Below are positions 1 to 9,444 of a stretch of 64,000 nucleotides of DNA, piece by piece; the first letter of the stretch is position 1; every line of letters begins with the position of its first letter. The DNA is from a virus (taxonomy: Duplodnaviria > Caudoviricetes). Location: positions 1 to 64,000 of the IMG/VR virus record IMGVR_UViG_3300009070_000001. The stretch is one strand, 5' to 3'. The notes below the pieces were generated by a model. The model did no database searches and was not told where the DNA came from. It saw only the letters and a list, made by a program, of their open reading frames with translations. Both the position numbers and the translations under genes were made by a program.

Positions 1-639
1 CGTATGCCTGTCGAAACTATTGCTCACTATATGCGCTGCCCTCTCCAGTTGGCTTCTGACGTTGAATCGTTTGAAGATTATCTTGTTAAGCGCATGGGCG
101 ATATGCTTCGTGTAAAATGTGAAGATCTTTACCTTTATGGTAACGGCACTGCTCCCAATCTGTTGGGCATTACCAATTTCTCCGGTATTCAGACTTATAC
201 CCAGATCAGCACTGAAAATCGTATTGATGCGATTCGCAATGCTCTGAATAAACTTGAATCGACCTGGTATCCCTGGGCTGACGCCATTATGTTGCATCCT
301 AATGATGCCGCTAAGATGGAATTGCTCAAAGACAGTCAAGGTCGTTACTTGTGGCCTACTTTCGGTCAGTTCGCTACTGGCTATCATAGCAAAGTTCTCT
401 TCGGAGTTCCTGTTATTGTCACCACGGCTGTTACCGAAAGCACCTTCCTCTTGGGCAATTTTGCTCAGGGCGCTACCCTCTATGAGCGTCAGGATGCTAC
501 GGTTGACGTTTCGTTCAGTGACCAGGATAACTTTATCAAAAACTTGATGACGATTCGTCTTGAGTTGAGACAGTCCCTTGTCCCTGAGTATCCTAAGGCG
601 TTCGTCCTCGGAACCTTCAGGGGGCCTAGCTACGATTAA
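1..639 (+). CDS. Major capsid protein, HK97 fold (C-terminal part; 5' end lies outside the window)
   Basis: LYGNGT..NLLGI, MLHPND..KM.LLKDSQGRYLW, LFGVPVIVT, LLGNF and F.KN.MTIR.E.R motifs are typical of HK97-family capsid C-termini; frame is open from base 1. Confidence 0.93.
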   Translation, partial: RMPVETIAHYMRCPLQLASDVESFEDYLVKRMGDMLRVKCEDLYLYGNGTAPNLLGITNFSGIQTYTQISTENRIDAIRNALNKLESTWYPWADAIMLHPNDAAKMELLKDSQGRYLWPTFGQFATGYHSKVLFGVPVIVTTAVTESTFLLGNFAQGATLYERQDATVDVSFSDQDNFIKNLMTIRLELRQSLVPEYPKAFVLGTFRGPSYD

Positions 640-669
640 TTTCGTAGGTTTTGTCACAAACTAACTTAT

Positions 670-707
670 AAAAAAAGAGGACTCTACAAACAGGGTTCTC
701 TTTTTTT
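670..707. terminator. Intrinsic terminator after the capsid gene (A-tract/hairpin/T-tract, probably bidirectional)
   Basis: AAAAAAA-GAGGACTCT-acaaac-AGGGTTCTC-TTTTTTT. Confidence 0.75.
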
Positions 708-755
708 ATTGTCTAAGTAATTTGTTATAAGTTAGTTTAAGGAGCACAGTAGTGC

Positions 756-1649
756 ATGAATGTTTATAAAGTTAAAAATGATAATAGTATAAATAGAGAA
801 ATTTTAGAATTTTATTTAGACACTTGTTTTAACATGAAAGATATGGTTAGAGATATTTATGGAGTGTATGGTGAAACTAATAGACGAAGATTGATCATGG
901 CCATTGATTATTATAGTCTTAAAAAAGAATTTGAAGAGTTTAAACTTAGAACACAAGGACATCGTAGAGCTGATTATATTGAATCAGAAATTTTAATAGA
1001 TAATAGTGAGGTAGGAAGACCTACTTTAAAAAAATATATTTTAAATAACAATTTACTAGAGTATAAATGTCAACATTGTGGAATAGGTAATGAATATAAT
1101 GGTAAAAAACTAACTTTACAGTTAGATCATATTGATGGTAAAAATAATAATAATCAATTAGATAACCTTAGATTTTTATGTCCTAATTGTCATAGTCAAA
1201 CTGATACCTTTGGAACAGGCAATAAAAACTTAGGTGGCCGCAGTAAGAAACTTTGTTCTATCTGTAAAAAACAAGAAATTAAGCTAGGTGAAGTAGATAG
1301 ATGTCGTTCTTGTTTTGAGAAAACTAGAGGAGCTAATAAAATTAAACTTTTTTCTAAAGAAGATTTTCAAAAATTATTTGAAAATTACACTATGAGAGAG
1401 ATGGCAGCAGTTCTAGTTTGTAGTTGGGATAAACTTGATAAATTAAGAGAACATTTTTGTATTTCAAAACCTAGTAAAGGCTATTGGATTTCTAAAAGAT
1501 GTTATGAAGGTCCAGATTATACTTTATTTAAAGAAATTTTAGATAAATATGAAATTAAGGGAAGATTTGATTGGACATCAACTCAAGTTGCAGAGGAGAG
1601 AAAACAAAGAATAAAAGTCTTCTCTACCCCTCGCTATTATGAAAGCTAA
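756..1649 (+). CDS. HNH homing endonuclease, free-standing
   Basis: CQHCG...LQLDHIDGKNNNNQLDNLRFLCPNCHSQT HNH motif, plus a second Cys cluster and a C-terminal HTH-like segment. Confidence 0.9.
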   Translation: MNVYKVKNDNSINREILEFYLDTCFNMKDMVRDIYGVYGETNRRRLIMAIDYYSLKKEFEEFKLRTQGHRRADYIESEILIDNSEVGRPTLKKYILNNNLLEYKCQHCGIGNEYNGKKLTLQLDHIDGKNNNNQLDNLRFLCPNCHSQTDTFGTGNKNLGGRSKKLCSICKKQEIKLGEVDRCRSCFEKTRGANKIKLFSKEDFQKLFENYTMREMAAVLVCSWDKLDKLREHFCISKPSKGYWISKRCYEGPDYTLFKEILDKYEIKGRFDWTSTQVAEERKQRIKVFSTPRYYES

Positions 1650-1655
1650 ATGTCC

Positions 1656-1688
1656 AAAAAAAGAACTTCGAAAGGGGTTCTTTTTTTT
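1656..1688. terminator. Intrinsic terminator after the HNH gene
   Basis: A7-GAACTTC-gaaa-GGGGTTC-T8. Confidence 0.75.
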
Positions 1689-1731
1689 ATGTAAACTTTT
1701 AGCTTTTTTTGTTAAACTTTTGTTAACTGTG

Positions 1732-1760
1732 TTGACAAGTCGAGTTCTTTAGTCTAAACT
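1732..1760 (+). promoter_or_regulatory. Sigma70-type promoter
   Basis: TTGACA-N17-TAAACT upstream of ORF 1791. Confidence 0.65.
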
Positions 1761-1790
1761 CTTAGAACACTTATAGGTAAGGAAAAGAAA

Positions 1791-2090
1791 ATGCTTTTCG
1801 CAAAACATGCCTCCAAAGCTAATAGACAAAATCCTAAATGGAATTGGGTTAATAGTGGAAAATTAACTGCTACTGAAATCGACGTTAAAATTGATAAATG
1901 GAAAGTTTATCATTACAAGTGTCAAAGAAATTGTAATCCAGATTATGTTAAAATAGGAATTATTGATCAAAATGCTGATAAAATTTATTGTTTTTCTATT
2001 CCAATAGATTTAGGAGCTTCTATTGAAGGCAATTTGGTTCTTAGACTGTGTTTAACTAATTATGAAAATGGAGAGTATGTAGTTGTTTAA
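1791..2090 (+). CDS. Hypothetical protein, tandem family A
   Basis: Shares W...Y.F.I...LGAS[IV] pattern with 2083 and, more weakly, 2400. Confidence 0.65.
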   Translation: MLFAKHASKANRQNPKWNWVNSGKLTATEIDVKIDKWKVYHYKCQRNCNPDYVKIGIIDQNADKIYCFSIPIDLGASIEGNLVLRLCLTNYENGEYVVV

Positions 2091-2397
2091 TTTAAATGAA
2101 GTAGTCAATGCAGCTAGGGAATTTCAATTTCCTTCCAAAGTTCCTGTTAACAGTCTTTTACATGCTCCTATTTATATTGTTAAGAAATATAATTATTGGA
2201 ATTTTTATGCTCTAGATTCTACTTACTTTTCTCCTAAAGAAAATTTTCACTTTTATTGTTTATTTTCTCAAGATAACACACAAGTTTATTTTTTTGCTTT
2301 AGATATAAATGTTAGTCTAGGAGCCTCTGTTGACGAAAAAATGAAGATAATTTATCAAGAATTTAAATCTTATAGATATATTTATAGGAAACTTTAA
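2083..2397 (+). CDS. Hypothetical protein, tandem family A
   Basis: QVYFFALDINVSLGASVDEK resembles 1791. Confidence 0.65.
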   Translation: MFNLNEVVNAAREFQFPSKVPVNSLLHAPIYIVKKYNYWNFYALDSTYFSPKENFHFYCLFSQDNTQVYFFALDINVSLGASVDEKMKIIYQEFKSYRYIYRKL

Positions 2398-2399
2398 TT

Positions 2400-2705
2400 G
2401 TGTTTATAGAAATTCCCAATGCCGAGTATAAAATAACAGATTTAGTAAATAAACATACAAGTTTACCTTATTTTCTACCTAGTAGTTTTAGGAGAATTAA
2501 TGATTCTTGGAAATTGTTTAGAGTAAAAGTAACTCCGTTAAATTCTAAAACTCTTTATTTTAAATTAGTTTCTATTAAAAGAAAAGAAACTTATTTTTTT
2601 AAAATTGATAGATATCCAGGTTACGTGAATAGTGTGGATAATATTCTTCGTGTGTGTTATGCTTTGTATGTTAAAGGTGAATATGGATATCACTATACTG
2701 TCTAA
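2400..2705 (+). CDS. Hypothetical protein, tandem family A
   Basis: TYFFKID...SVDNILRVCY..Y.KGEY resembles the C-terminus of 1791 (LRLCL.NYENGEY). Confidence 0.6.
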   Translation: MFIEIPNAEYKITDLVNKHTSLPYFLPSSFRRINDSWKLFRVKVTPLNSKTLYFKLVSIKRKETYFFKIDRYPGYVNSVDNILRVCYALYVKGEYGYHYTV

Positions 2706-3144
2706 ACCTAAAGATGAAAATTCTATTTTAGGTTTTTTTGGTCAATATAGATGGCTTAGTAATTTTCATTTACATAATGTAACTTATCTAGGAAAAACCT
2801 TTGCTACAAATGAACATGCTTATCAATGGGCCAAACAGCCAAATCAAGCTAATCTTATTGCTATCTTTAAATGTAAGACTCCAGGAGAGGCTAGAAAGCT
2901 AGGACAAACCTTCACCTTACCTGCCACTTGGGAACGTAATAAATATTACGTTATGTTAGAATTAACCAGAGAAAAATTCAAAAATCCTGAATTAGCTAAA
3001 AAATTGTTGGAAACAAAAGATCTATATTTAGAAGAAACTAATTCTTGGGGAGATACCTACTGGGGTTTTTGTGCCGGCAAAGGTAGTAACAATTTAGGTC
3101 AAATTTTAATGGAAGTTAGAAGAGAGTTAAATAAAAACTTATGA
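2683..3144 (+). CDS. NADAR (YbiA-like) family protein
   Basis: WLSNF, EHAYQWAK, P.EARKLG, M......KF.NPEL...LL.T, E.N.WGD.YWG, G.N.LG.ILMEVR; start placed at ATG 2683. Confidence 0.93.
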   Translation: MDITILSKPKDENSILGFFGQYRWLSNFHLHNVTYLGKTFATNEHAYQWAKQPNQANLIAIFKCKTPGEARKLGQTFTLPATWERNKYYVMLELTREKFKNPELAKKLLETKDLYLEETNSWGDTYWGFCAGKGSNNLGQILMEVRRELNKNL

Positions 3145-4034
3145 TTGATATTAAAAATCAAAATTTCCTTTTTTCAAATTTACATGGATTTAATGCTTAC
3201 TGGGGAGATGATATATCAGGTAAAGCAGGGCACTACACTATGGTAGTTTATCCTGGTAATACTGGAAATGAAGCTTTGTTATTTTCTTTTAAGTTAACCG
3301 CTCCTAAAGTGTTTTTTAACATAAATAATAGTTGGTTTAAAAGGATTTTTAAAGAAAAATGGGATAATAGAAATTTCTCTAGAGTGTTGAAATCTGATCT
3401 AAGTTATTATTATTAATTATGAGAATAATATTACCCTTAATTTATTATAATTGGTTAAGACATTTTACTAGACAGGGAATAAGTAAAAATGACTTAGAGA
3501 AAAAAACTAGATTTAAAAAATGTGAAGTCTGTAAGAGAAAATTTCTAAGACCTCTAGAGTCTTTTTTAATAGGAACTCCTTGGAACAGGGGTCCTTTATT
3601 ACTACGCAAGACTGCAGACAGATGTTTTAATTGTAGAGAAGAATTAACCTTAAAAAAATTTAAGCCTCTAAAAGCAAAGGAAAAGTAATATTTATCTCCA
3701 ATAATACTTGTATTATGGCAGATGAAGATCAAACATTAAAGCAATATCCTTTAGACTATAAAACTGGTATAGTTACGTATAAAGGTCAAGAATTAACCTA
3801 TCAAGAATTACAATGGGAATTTGACCAAGAAGAAGCAGATCTTTCCGACGAGTGGGCAGCTAGACGCAACTACAGCTCCGATATACAAAACTTGTGGGGC
3901 TCAAAATCTAACCGATTTAAAGATGACTGGTTCTATATGAAGAAACCAGTCAAAAAACTTAAGGGATATCCACGCGATGTAAAAAATTATTATGAATCTG
4001 CTCCTGTTCAAGATTGGGGCGGAGACCCTCAATA

Positions 4035-4751
4035 GTGACCAGCCAAAAATATCGAATAGTCCTAGCAGATATTCCTTGGGAATATGCTAATCGTTTTGAC
4101 ACTAGGAAAGACAACCCTTATAAAAAAAATCGTTTTGGTGTAGGTGTAGCTTCTAGGTATTCTAAAGGTGTAGAAAAAGACGAATATTTAAAGTTGCTTG
4201 GTGAAAAAATAAAAGCTGTTTCCGCTGAGGACGCTTATTTATTTTTCTGGGCTACTTGTCCAAGACTAAACGATGCTTTTTCTATTATAGAGTCTTGGGG
4301 ATTTGAATACGTAACAGTAGCCTTTAATTGGATTAAAATCAATAAGAATTCAGGAACCCCTTTTTCAGGTCCGGGATTTTACTCGTTCAGCAACTGTGAA
4401 CCAGTTCTTTTAGCTAAGAAAAAAAATAAACCTTGCTGGAATAAAAACGATAAAGGTTGTTATAAACCTAACCAAATTATTATGGAGCCTCATCCTAGAG
4501 ATGAGAATGGTAAAATTATTCATTCCCGTAAACCTGAAACTCTTCATCTTGAACTAGAGAAATGGCTAGGGCCTTATATTGGTGAAGGAAAAATGTTAGA
4601 ACTTTTTGCTACACAAAAACGAGAAGGCTGGACTTGTCTAGGTCACGCTATTTCAGGAAAAACTATTGATGTTGAACTAGACGAAATTATTGCCTCAACT
4701 TTTGATCCACAGGGTGGTCATGAAAATAATGTATCAGGAATTTTAAATTAA
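4035..4751 (+). CDS. MT-A70 family adenine methyltransferase
   Basis: KYRIVLADIPW (DPPW-like), LFFWAT, WGFEY.T..F.W.K, HSRKP, LELFA; GTG start at 4035 inferred. Confidence 0.88.
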   Translation: MTSQKYRIVLADIPWEYANRFDTRKDNPYKKNRFGVGVASRYSKGVEKDEYLKLLGEKIKAVSAEDAYLFFWATCPRLNDAFSIIESWGFEYVTVAFNWIKINKNSGTPFSGPGFYSFSNCEPVLLAKKKNKPCWNKNDKGCYKPNQIIMEPHPRDENGKIIHSRKPETLHLELEKWLGPYIGEGKMLELFATQKREGWTCLGHAISGKTIDVELDEIIASTFDPQGGHENNVSGILN

Positions 4752-5354
4752 ATGCCAATAGGAGCCCTCTCTACTTCATCTTTAGTTATAGATGACTTGT
4801 ATAAAGAATTAGCAAAGCAAAATGCTGTAAATAAAAATACTACACATATTTTAGATTGTGGAATTGGTTATGGCATTTATGGCCCAATGATTCGACAATG
4901 GATCGATCAAGGATATGTAGAAAGATTTAATACTTATATAATGGGCATAGAGGGTTTCTCAGGATATAGAAATCCCTCTTGGCAAGCCTATAATCTAGTT
5001 CATGAAATGACTATTGAAAAATATTTAGGATGGCCTGTAGCCTATAATGACACATTTAACGCCATCCTTATCCTGGATGTTATAGAGCATTTTGAGGCCA
5101 ACGTAGGTCAAGAAGTAATTAAAGAACTTAAACGAAGACTTAAACCTGGAGGAGTTCTTTATGTTGCTACTCCCGGAATAATGAATCCTCAGGGATCTGT
5201 TTATGGAAATGATTTAGAGAAACATATTCATGAGTGGAAATCTGAAGATTTTGAGAAGTTAAATTTCTCTATTATTACAAATGGAAAAGAACCTGATTTC
5301 TTAGGTAATTATATGATATTAGCTAAATATAATAAACCTAAGAGTAAATTTTAA
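4752..5354 (+). CDS. Class I SAM-dependent methyltransferase
   Basis: ILDCGIGYG motif I, DVIEHF, LKPGG.LY..TP. Confidence 0.85.
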   Translation: MPIGALSTSSLVIDDLYKELAKQNAVNKNTTHILDCGIGYGIYGPMIRQWIDQGYVERFNTYIMGIEGFSGYRNPSWQAYNLVHEMTIEKYLGWPVAYNDTFNAILILDVIEHFEANVGQEVIKELKRRLKPGGVLYVATPGIMNPQGSVYGNDLEKHIHEWKSEDFEKLNFSIITNGKEPDFLGNYMILAKYNKPKSKF

Positions 5355-5620
5355 TGTATAAATTAATTAAGTATTTTAAACCTAATTGCACTCCATGTAA
5401 AATTATGGAGAAAACTATTTCAGAATTTTTAAATTCTCATTCAGAAGTAGAATTAAAAAACGTTAATATTAATGATCTTTCTACAGAAGAATATAAGGCT
5501 TTAAAAATAAGAACTGTTCCCACAGTTCACTTACTTGAAGACAATAACCTTGTCTCTGTATGTGCAGGCAGCGCCCAACTTAGCCAGTTTACCAAGTGGT
5601 TTGACGACTCAATTCGGTAA
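5354..5620 (+). CDS. Thioredoxin-like protein
   Basis: CTPC active site and IRTVPT cis-Pro loop. Confidence 0.9.
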   Translation: MYKLIKYFKPNCTPCKIMEKTISEFLNSHSEVELKNVNINDLSTEEYKALKIRTVPTVHLLEDNNLVSVCAGSAQLSQFTKWFDDSIR

Positions 5621-5670
5621 CAAACTGTTAACATAGTTGTAACAACTTAGATACCTCCAAGGTGTATACT
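5618..5670 (+). promoter_or_regulatory. Promoter with three 11-bp-phased TAACA boxes
   Basis: TAACA at 5618/5629/5640, then ACTTAG-N10-GGTG-TATACT (-10 at 5665). Confidence 0.7.
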
Positions 5671-7231
5671 TGTGAGGTATCTTTTTTATTTAAGGAACAA
5701 CATGACAAACGAAGAGATCTGCGCTTTTTATAATAGAGAAATTAATAATAAAATAAATTTAAAGATGAACTTTTTAAGCTCTACTGAGAAAATAAGAGTA
5801 TTTGAAGTAGTTTCCGGAGTGTTTAATGAGTGTATTCTAAAACTTGATTTAATTTTAAATGACTATAACACTTATGATTTCCTTATGAAAATGGGACCCT
5901 CAGAAGAGATTAAAGTTATGTGGTATTTTGATGAATTTAATTCAGTCCGTTGTGGAGAAGATTCGTTTAGAAATGGCTATTACACAGACTACACGGAACT
6001 TAAACTTAAAGAGTGGTTACTAAATACTACATTATTTAGTGAACTTTTCTTAAAAATTAATAATACTGATTGGCAAAAGATTTATGACAACCTTTGCCCA
6101 GGGCATAAACTGTTTAAAGAATTTGTTAATAAACCTGCAGAGACTCTTATAATCCATAAAGAGTTTTTCCCAGAAAACGTAGAGAAACTAAAACAAAATC
6201 TTCGTAATTTTAATTTCTCTAATATTAGTTGGGCTGATTATAAAAAATTGTTTGGAGATAAGTAAATGACATTGCTCTACACTATGCGGGCTTCTGACCT
6301 TTGTTATTTATTAAACTCATTTAAACCTAGCTCTGAGTCAGATAAACAATGGGTAGAAGTTCATCCAAGATTAGTTAAACAACTAAATAGTTGTAGAACA
6401 ATTTATAAAGAAATTGAATTTGATTCAGATACTTTATATGTTAGAAATGCATCTACCTGCGAATTATATTCTCTAACTTTAGATACTAAAATTTTAGGTT
6501 TTATCCACAAAATTAGATTAAATGGAATTGATACTAATTTTTCTAAAGCTTATGAGAGATTAGCTTATAGTCACGATTGGTTGTGGTTTATAAGATTATT
6601 TCTTAAGATAGCTAATTTAAACACACTTGCGGAACTGTATAAAGTAAATTACCCAACGGGTTGGGAATTAGGATCTAGTAATACACATAATGATTTGTTT
6701 AGAAAGGAATCAGTTAAAAAAGTATTACAAGAAAAATATGCAAACTGGGCCTTGTTGAATATACCATGTGTTTTCAATAAAACAATATCTCCTTTGGATT
6801 TTTTAACATTGTGCCAGTTTTTAGACTATTTTAATAGTAAAAAACTATCGGCTTTTGTAAATCCTGGATTTATTAGATTTACTGAAGCTGTTATTTTTAG
6901 AGGCAGAAGATTTGATAATCTTGATCAAGAAGCATTAAATAAAGTAATAGGTTCTTTTAATGATTGAGTTGTTTACTCTACTAGACGAAGTTTCTGGAAC
7001 ATTTCATCCAGAGATATGTTATGGGCATGGAGTATGTTTATGGCAACATAAAAAGTTTACTAGTTTGTTTTGGTATAAACAATCTAGTAGGGATTTAAAA
7101 CGTATAGTTTATATGGGAGAAAATGTTTCTTTATTTTTAGGAGATAAGCTACCAAATCGTAAATGGTATTTAAAAATTGATCAGAAGGAAACCTTGGGAC
7201 CTGAAAAACTATTAAGAAAATTTCTAGTATG

Positions 7232-7263
7232 AAAAAAGGGACTCGTAATTGAGTCCCTTTTTT
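7232..7263. terminator. Bidirectional terminator between convergent genes
   Basis: A6-GGGACTC-gtaatt-GAGTCCC-T6. Confidence 0.85.
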
Positions 7264-7459
7264 CTAAGCTGGAGTTATACTTTCTAGAATTTTACATTCA
7301 ATTTCTAAGTCTTTTATTCTTTGTGAATAATATTCAACGTCTAGTAGTCGATTATTATATTTACTTTGATATTCTCTTACATCATATTCAGCCATTTGTA
7401 AACTATTTTGACAACTAGTCATATCCCGTATTAAAAGTTCTAAACTTTTTTTACTAAAC

Positions 7460-8305
7460 TTACTTAACATCAAATCCTCTTTTTTCACAAAGTTCCTTCA
7501 TTTCTTTTAATCTTTGATTTAAATCAATAGGTTCATAAGTCTCAAATGTTTTTCTATATTGATTCCAATTAGAAGAAAAATTAGAATTTTTTTCAAAATT
7601 CCCAGCTTGTGCTTGATGTTCAGCAGGAGAATAATGTTTATGTTCTTTTAACATATCATGTAATTTAAGATCAGCACTGAAATCATCTTTACCATAGAAA
7701 TTATGGTAGCTAGTTCTAGCACATCTAGCCATTGACTTAATCAATTGATTTTTAACTGGCATATTTTCTTCTTCAGATTTTATAAAAGGAATATGCCAGT
7801 CTCCTTCATTTAATTCTTTTGGAGAATTACTTAAATATTGTTCTAACATTTGAGTAGCCAAAAATCCTAATTCAGGTTCAGCTTCATATTCTGCACGAAG
7901 TATAAAAAAATTAATCCAGTCAGTAGCTGTCATAACAACTTTAACCATAGCTGTAGCTTCACAGACTCTGCCTAGCGTTTGTTTATGCAGACCTAATTCT
8001 TGTAATTTTTTACATTGAATTGAAATTAGTTCTTTAGTTTCTTCCCAAATTGTTTTAGCGGTTTCGACATCTTCAATACTTTCATGTGCTTGCATACCTG
8101 GACAATTTTTACCCCAAAAGGTAGGAACAAAAGTCATAAGCTCTAAAAGTTTGTCTGTTTTAATTGCTCTAGTAGATCCAATACTATAGCTGGCTACGCG
8201 ATGCCTAGTGATATCATATACTAAATATTTTGGAATTGTTAAAAGATATGTTGTAATTCTAGAATCTTTAAAAGAACTATCTTTTAGAATTTCACTTGTG
8301 ATCAA
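7460..8305 (-). CDS. thyX: FAD-dependent thymidylate synthase (phage ThyX-like)
   Basis: RHRVASYSIGSTR (RHRxxSxxxxSxR), HKQ..GR, W.NFF.LR, ARCARTSY, H.SPAEHQA. Confidence 0.88.
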   Translation of the reverse strand: MITSEILKDSSFKDSRITTYLLTIPKYLVYDITRHRVASYSIGSTRAIKTDKLLELMTFVPTFWGKNCPGMQAHESIEDVETAKTIWEETKELISIQCKKLQELGLHKQTLGRVCEATAMVKVVMTATDWINFFILRAEYEAEPELGFLATQMLEQYLSNSPKELNEGDWHIPFIKSEEENMPVKNQLIKSMARCARTSYHNFYGKDDFSADLKLHDMLKEHKHYSPAEHQAQAGNFEKNSNFSSNWNQYRKTFETYEPIDLNQRLKEMKELCEKRGFDVK

Positions 8306-8347
8306 AATTTTTTGTTACTTTCTTGTAAACTAAACGTAAAAAAACGT

Positions 8348-8400
8348 TAACAATATTTTAACATATAGTTAACAACTTAGTCAAGCTTTTGGTGTAAAAT
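8348..8400 (+). promoter_or_regulatory. Promoter with three 11-bp-phased TAACA boxes
   Basis: TAACA at 8348/8359/8370, then ACTTAG-N10-GGTG-TAAAAT; same geometry as 5618-5670. Confidence 0.7.
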
Positions 8401-9018
8401 AAATCAAGTTTCTTGAGAGGTAGAAAAGTGTTTATACTTTTGTTTAAATTTTTTAGATGAAATTAACTTGGGCTTCTATTTATGGCAATTACGATGCGGG
8501 ATATGAACATTGTTATTGTAAAGAATATCCCACAATCACAGCCTTATGTGAAAATAAAAGAATAAGTAATAAATATAAAATTTATCTTAATAAAGTTCTA
8601 ATCGGTATTCTTCCTAGATCTTTATGTTATGACTCTAAGTGTATTTTTAGATTGGTGATCTGAATGATAGTAGGCTATTATCAATGGAAAAACTTGTATG
8701 AAAATAAAACAGATATTTATTTAAAAGCATCTAATAAAATCTCTTTTATGAATGTAATCATAGAAGATATGTATGGAGTTGAGTTACAGAAAGTAAAAGT
8801 CTATGAACAGTTTACTTCTTTGTATGGAAATAAGCCTGTGTTAGCTTTACGTGTAGATACTTTGGATTTTATTCCAGAATTATGTTTAGGTGGATTTATT
8901 AAAGACGGGGATAGCATCGTGCTGGCTACAGTTAAACCTCATTGCAGCGGCTGTAGTTAAAGAGTTCAAGTCTCTTTATCTCCAAAAGATTTTATTTCCA
9001 CCAATTAAAGGAGAAGTA

Positions 9019-9444
9019 ATGGCTAATTGGTTTCAAAAAATGGTGTTTGATAAACTTATAGTAACAACTGTTCGAGAAGGCCTTGGTGGACTTCAAAAAG
9101 GCCTTAGCGATATGGTAATGTCTTCTATTAGTGTTCATTCTAATGAAAATATTTACACCGGACTTTATATGTGGTTGATTAATCAACCACTAAGCAAAAA
9201 ATTTAAAAAGTCTAGAGTGCTAAGTTTAGCTGGCCAACGTGTAGTAGGTCCAGGCTATGGTAAATACAGTATTTGGTATAAAGGAGTAGTTGTTTGGGTT
9301 ACAATTAGTCAAGAAAAAGGTCAAGGCACTAAAGGATTCCCCAGTGCTGAACAAATTACTCTTTCGACTGTAGTTCCTAAAAACACAGTATTGCAAGAAA
9401 TTATTTCCGAAGTTACTAACAAATCAGAAAAGGATAAGAAATGA
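9019..9444 (+). CDS. Stand-alone BCS1 N-terminal-like domain protein (no AAA domain)
   Basis: Y..L..WL..QP, GPGYGKY.IWYKG..VWV, EQITLST, LQEII.E; AGGAG RBS before ATG 9019. Confidence 0.6.
   Translation: MANWFQKMVFDKLIVTTVREGLGGLQKGLSDMVMSSISVHSNENIYTGLYMWLINQPLSKKFKKSRVLSLAGQRVVGPGYGKYSIWYKGVVVWVTISQEKGQGTKGFPSAEQITLSTVVPKNTVLQEIISEVTNKSEKDKK

Noticed and set aside
756-1649. Group I intron or intein in the capsid gene
   Set aside because: The capsid frame ends normally at 639 with a terminator; the HNH gene is free-standing.
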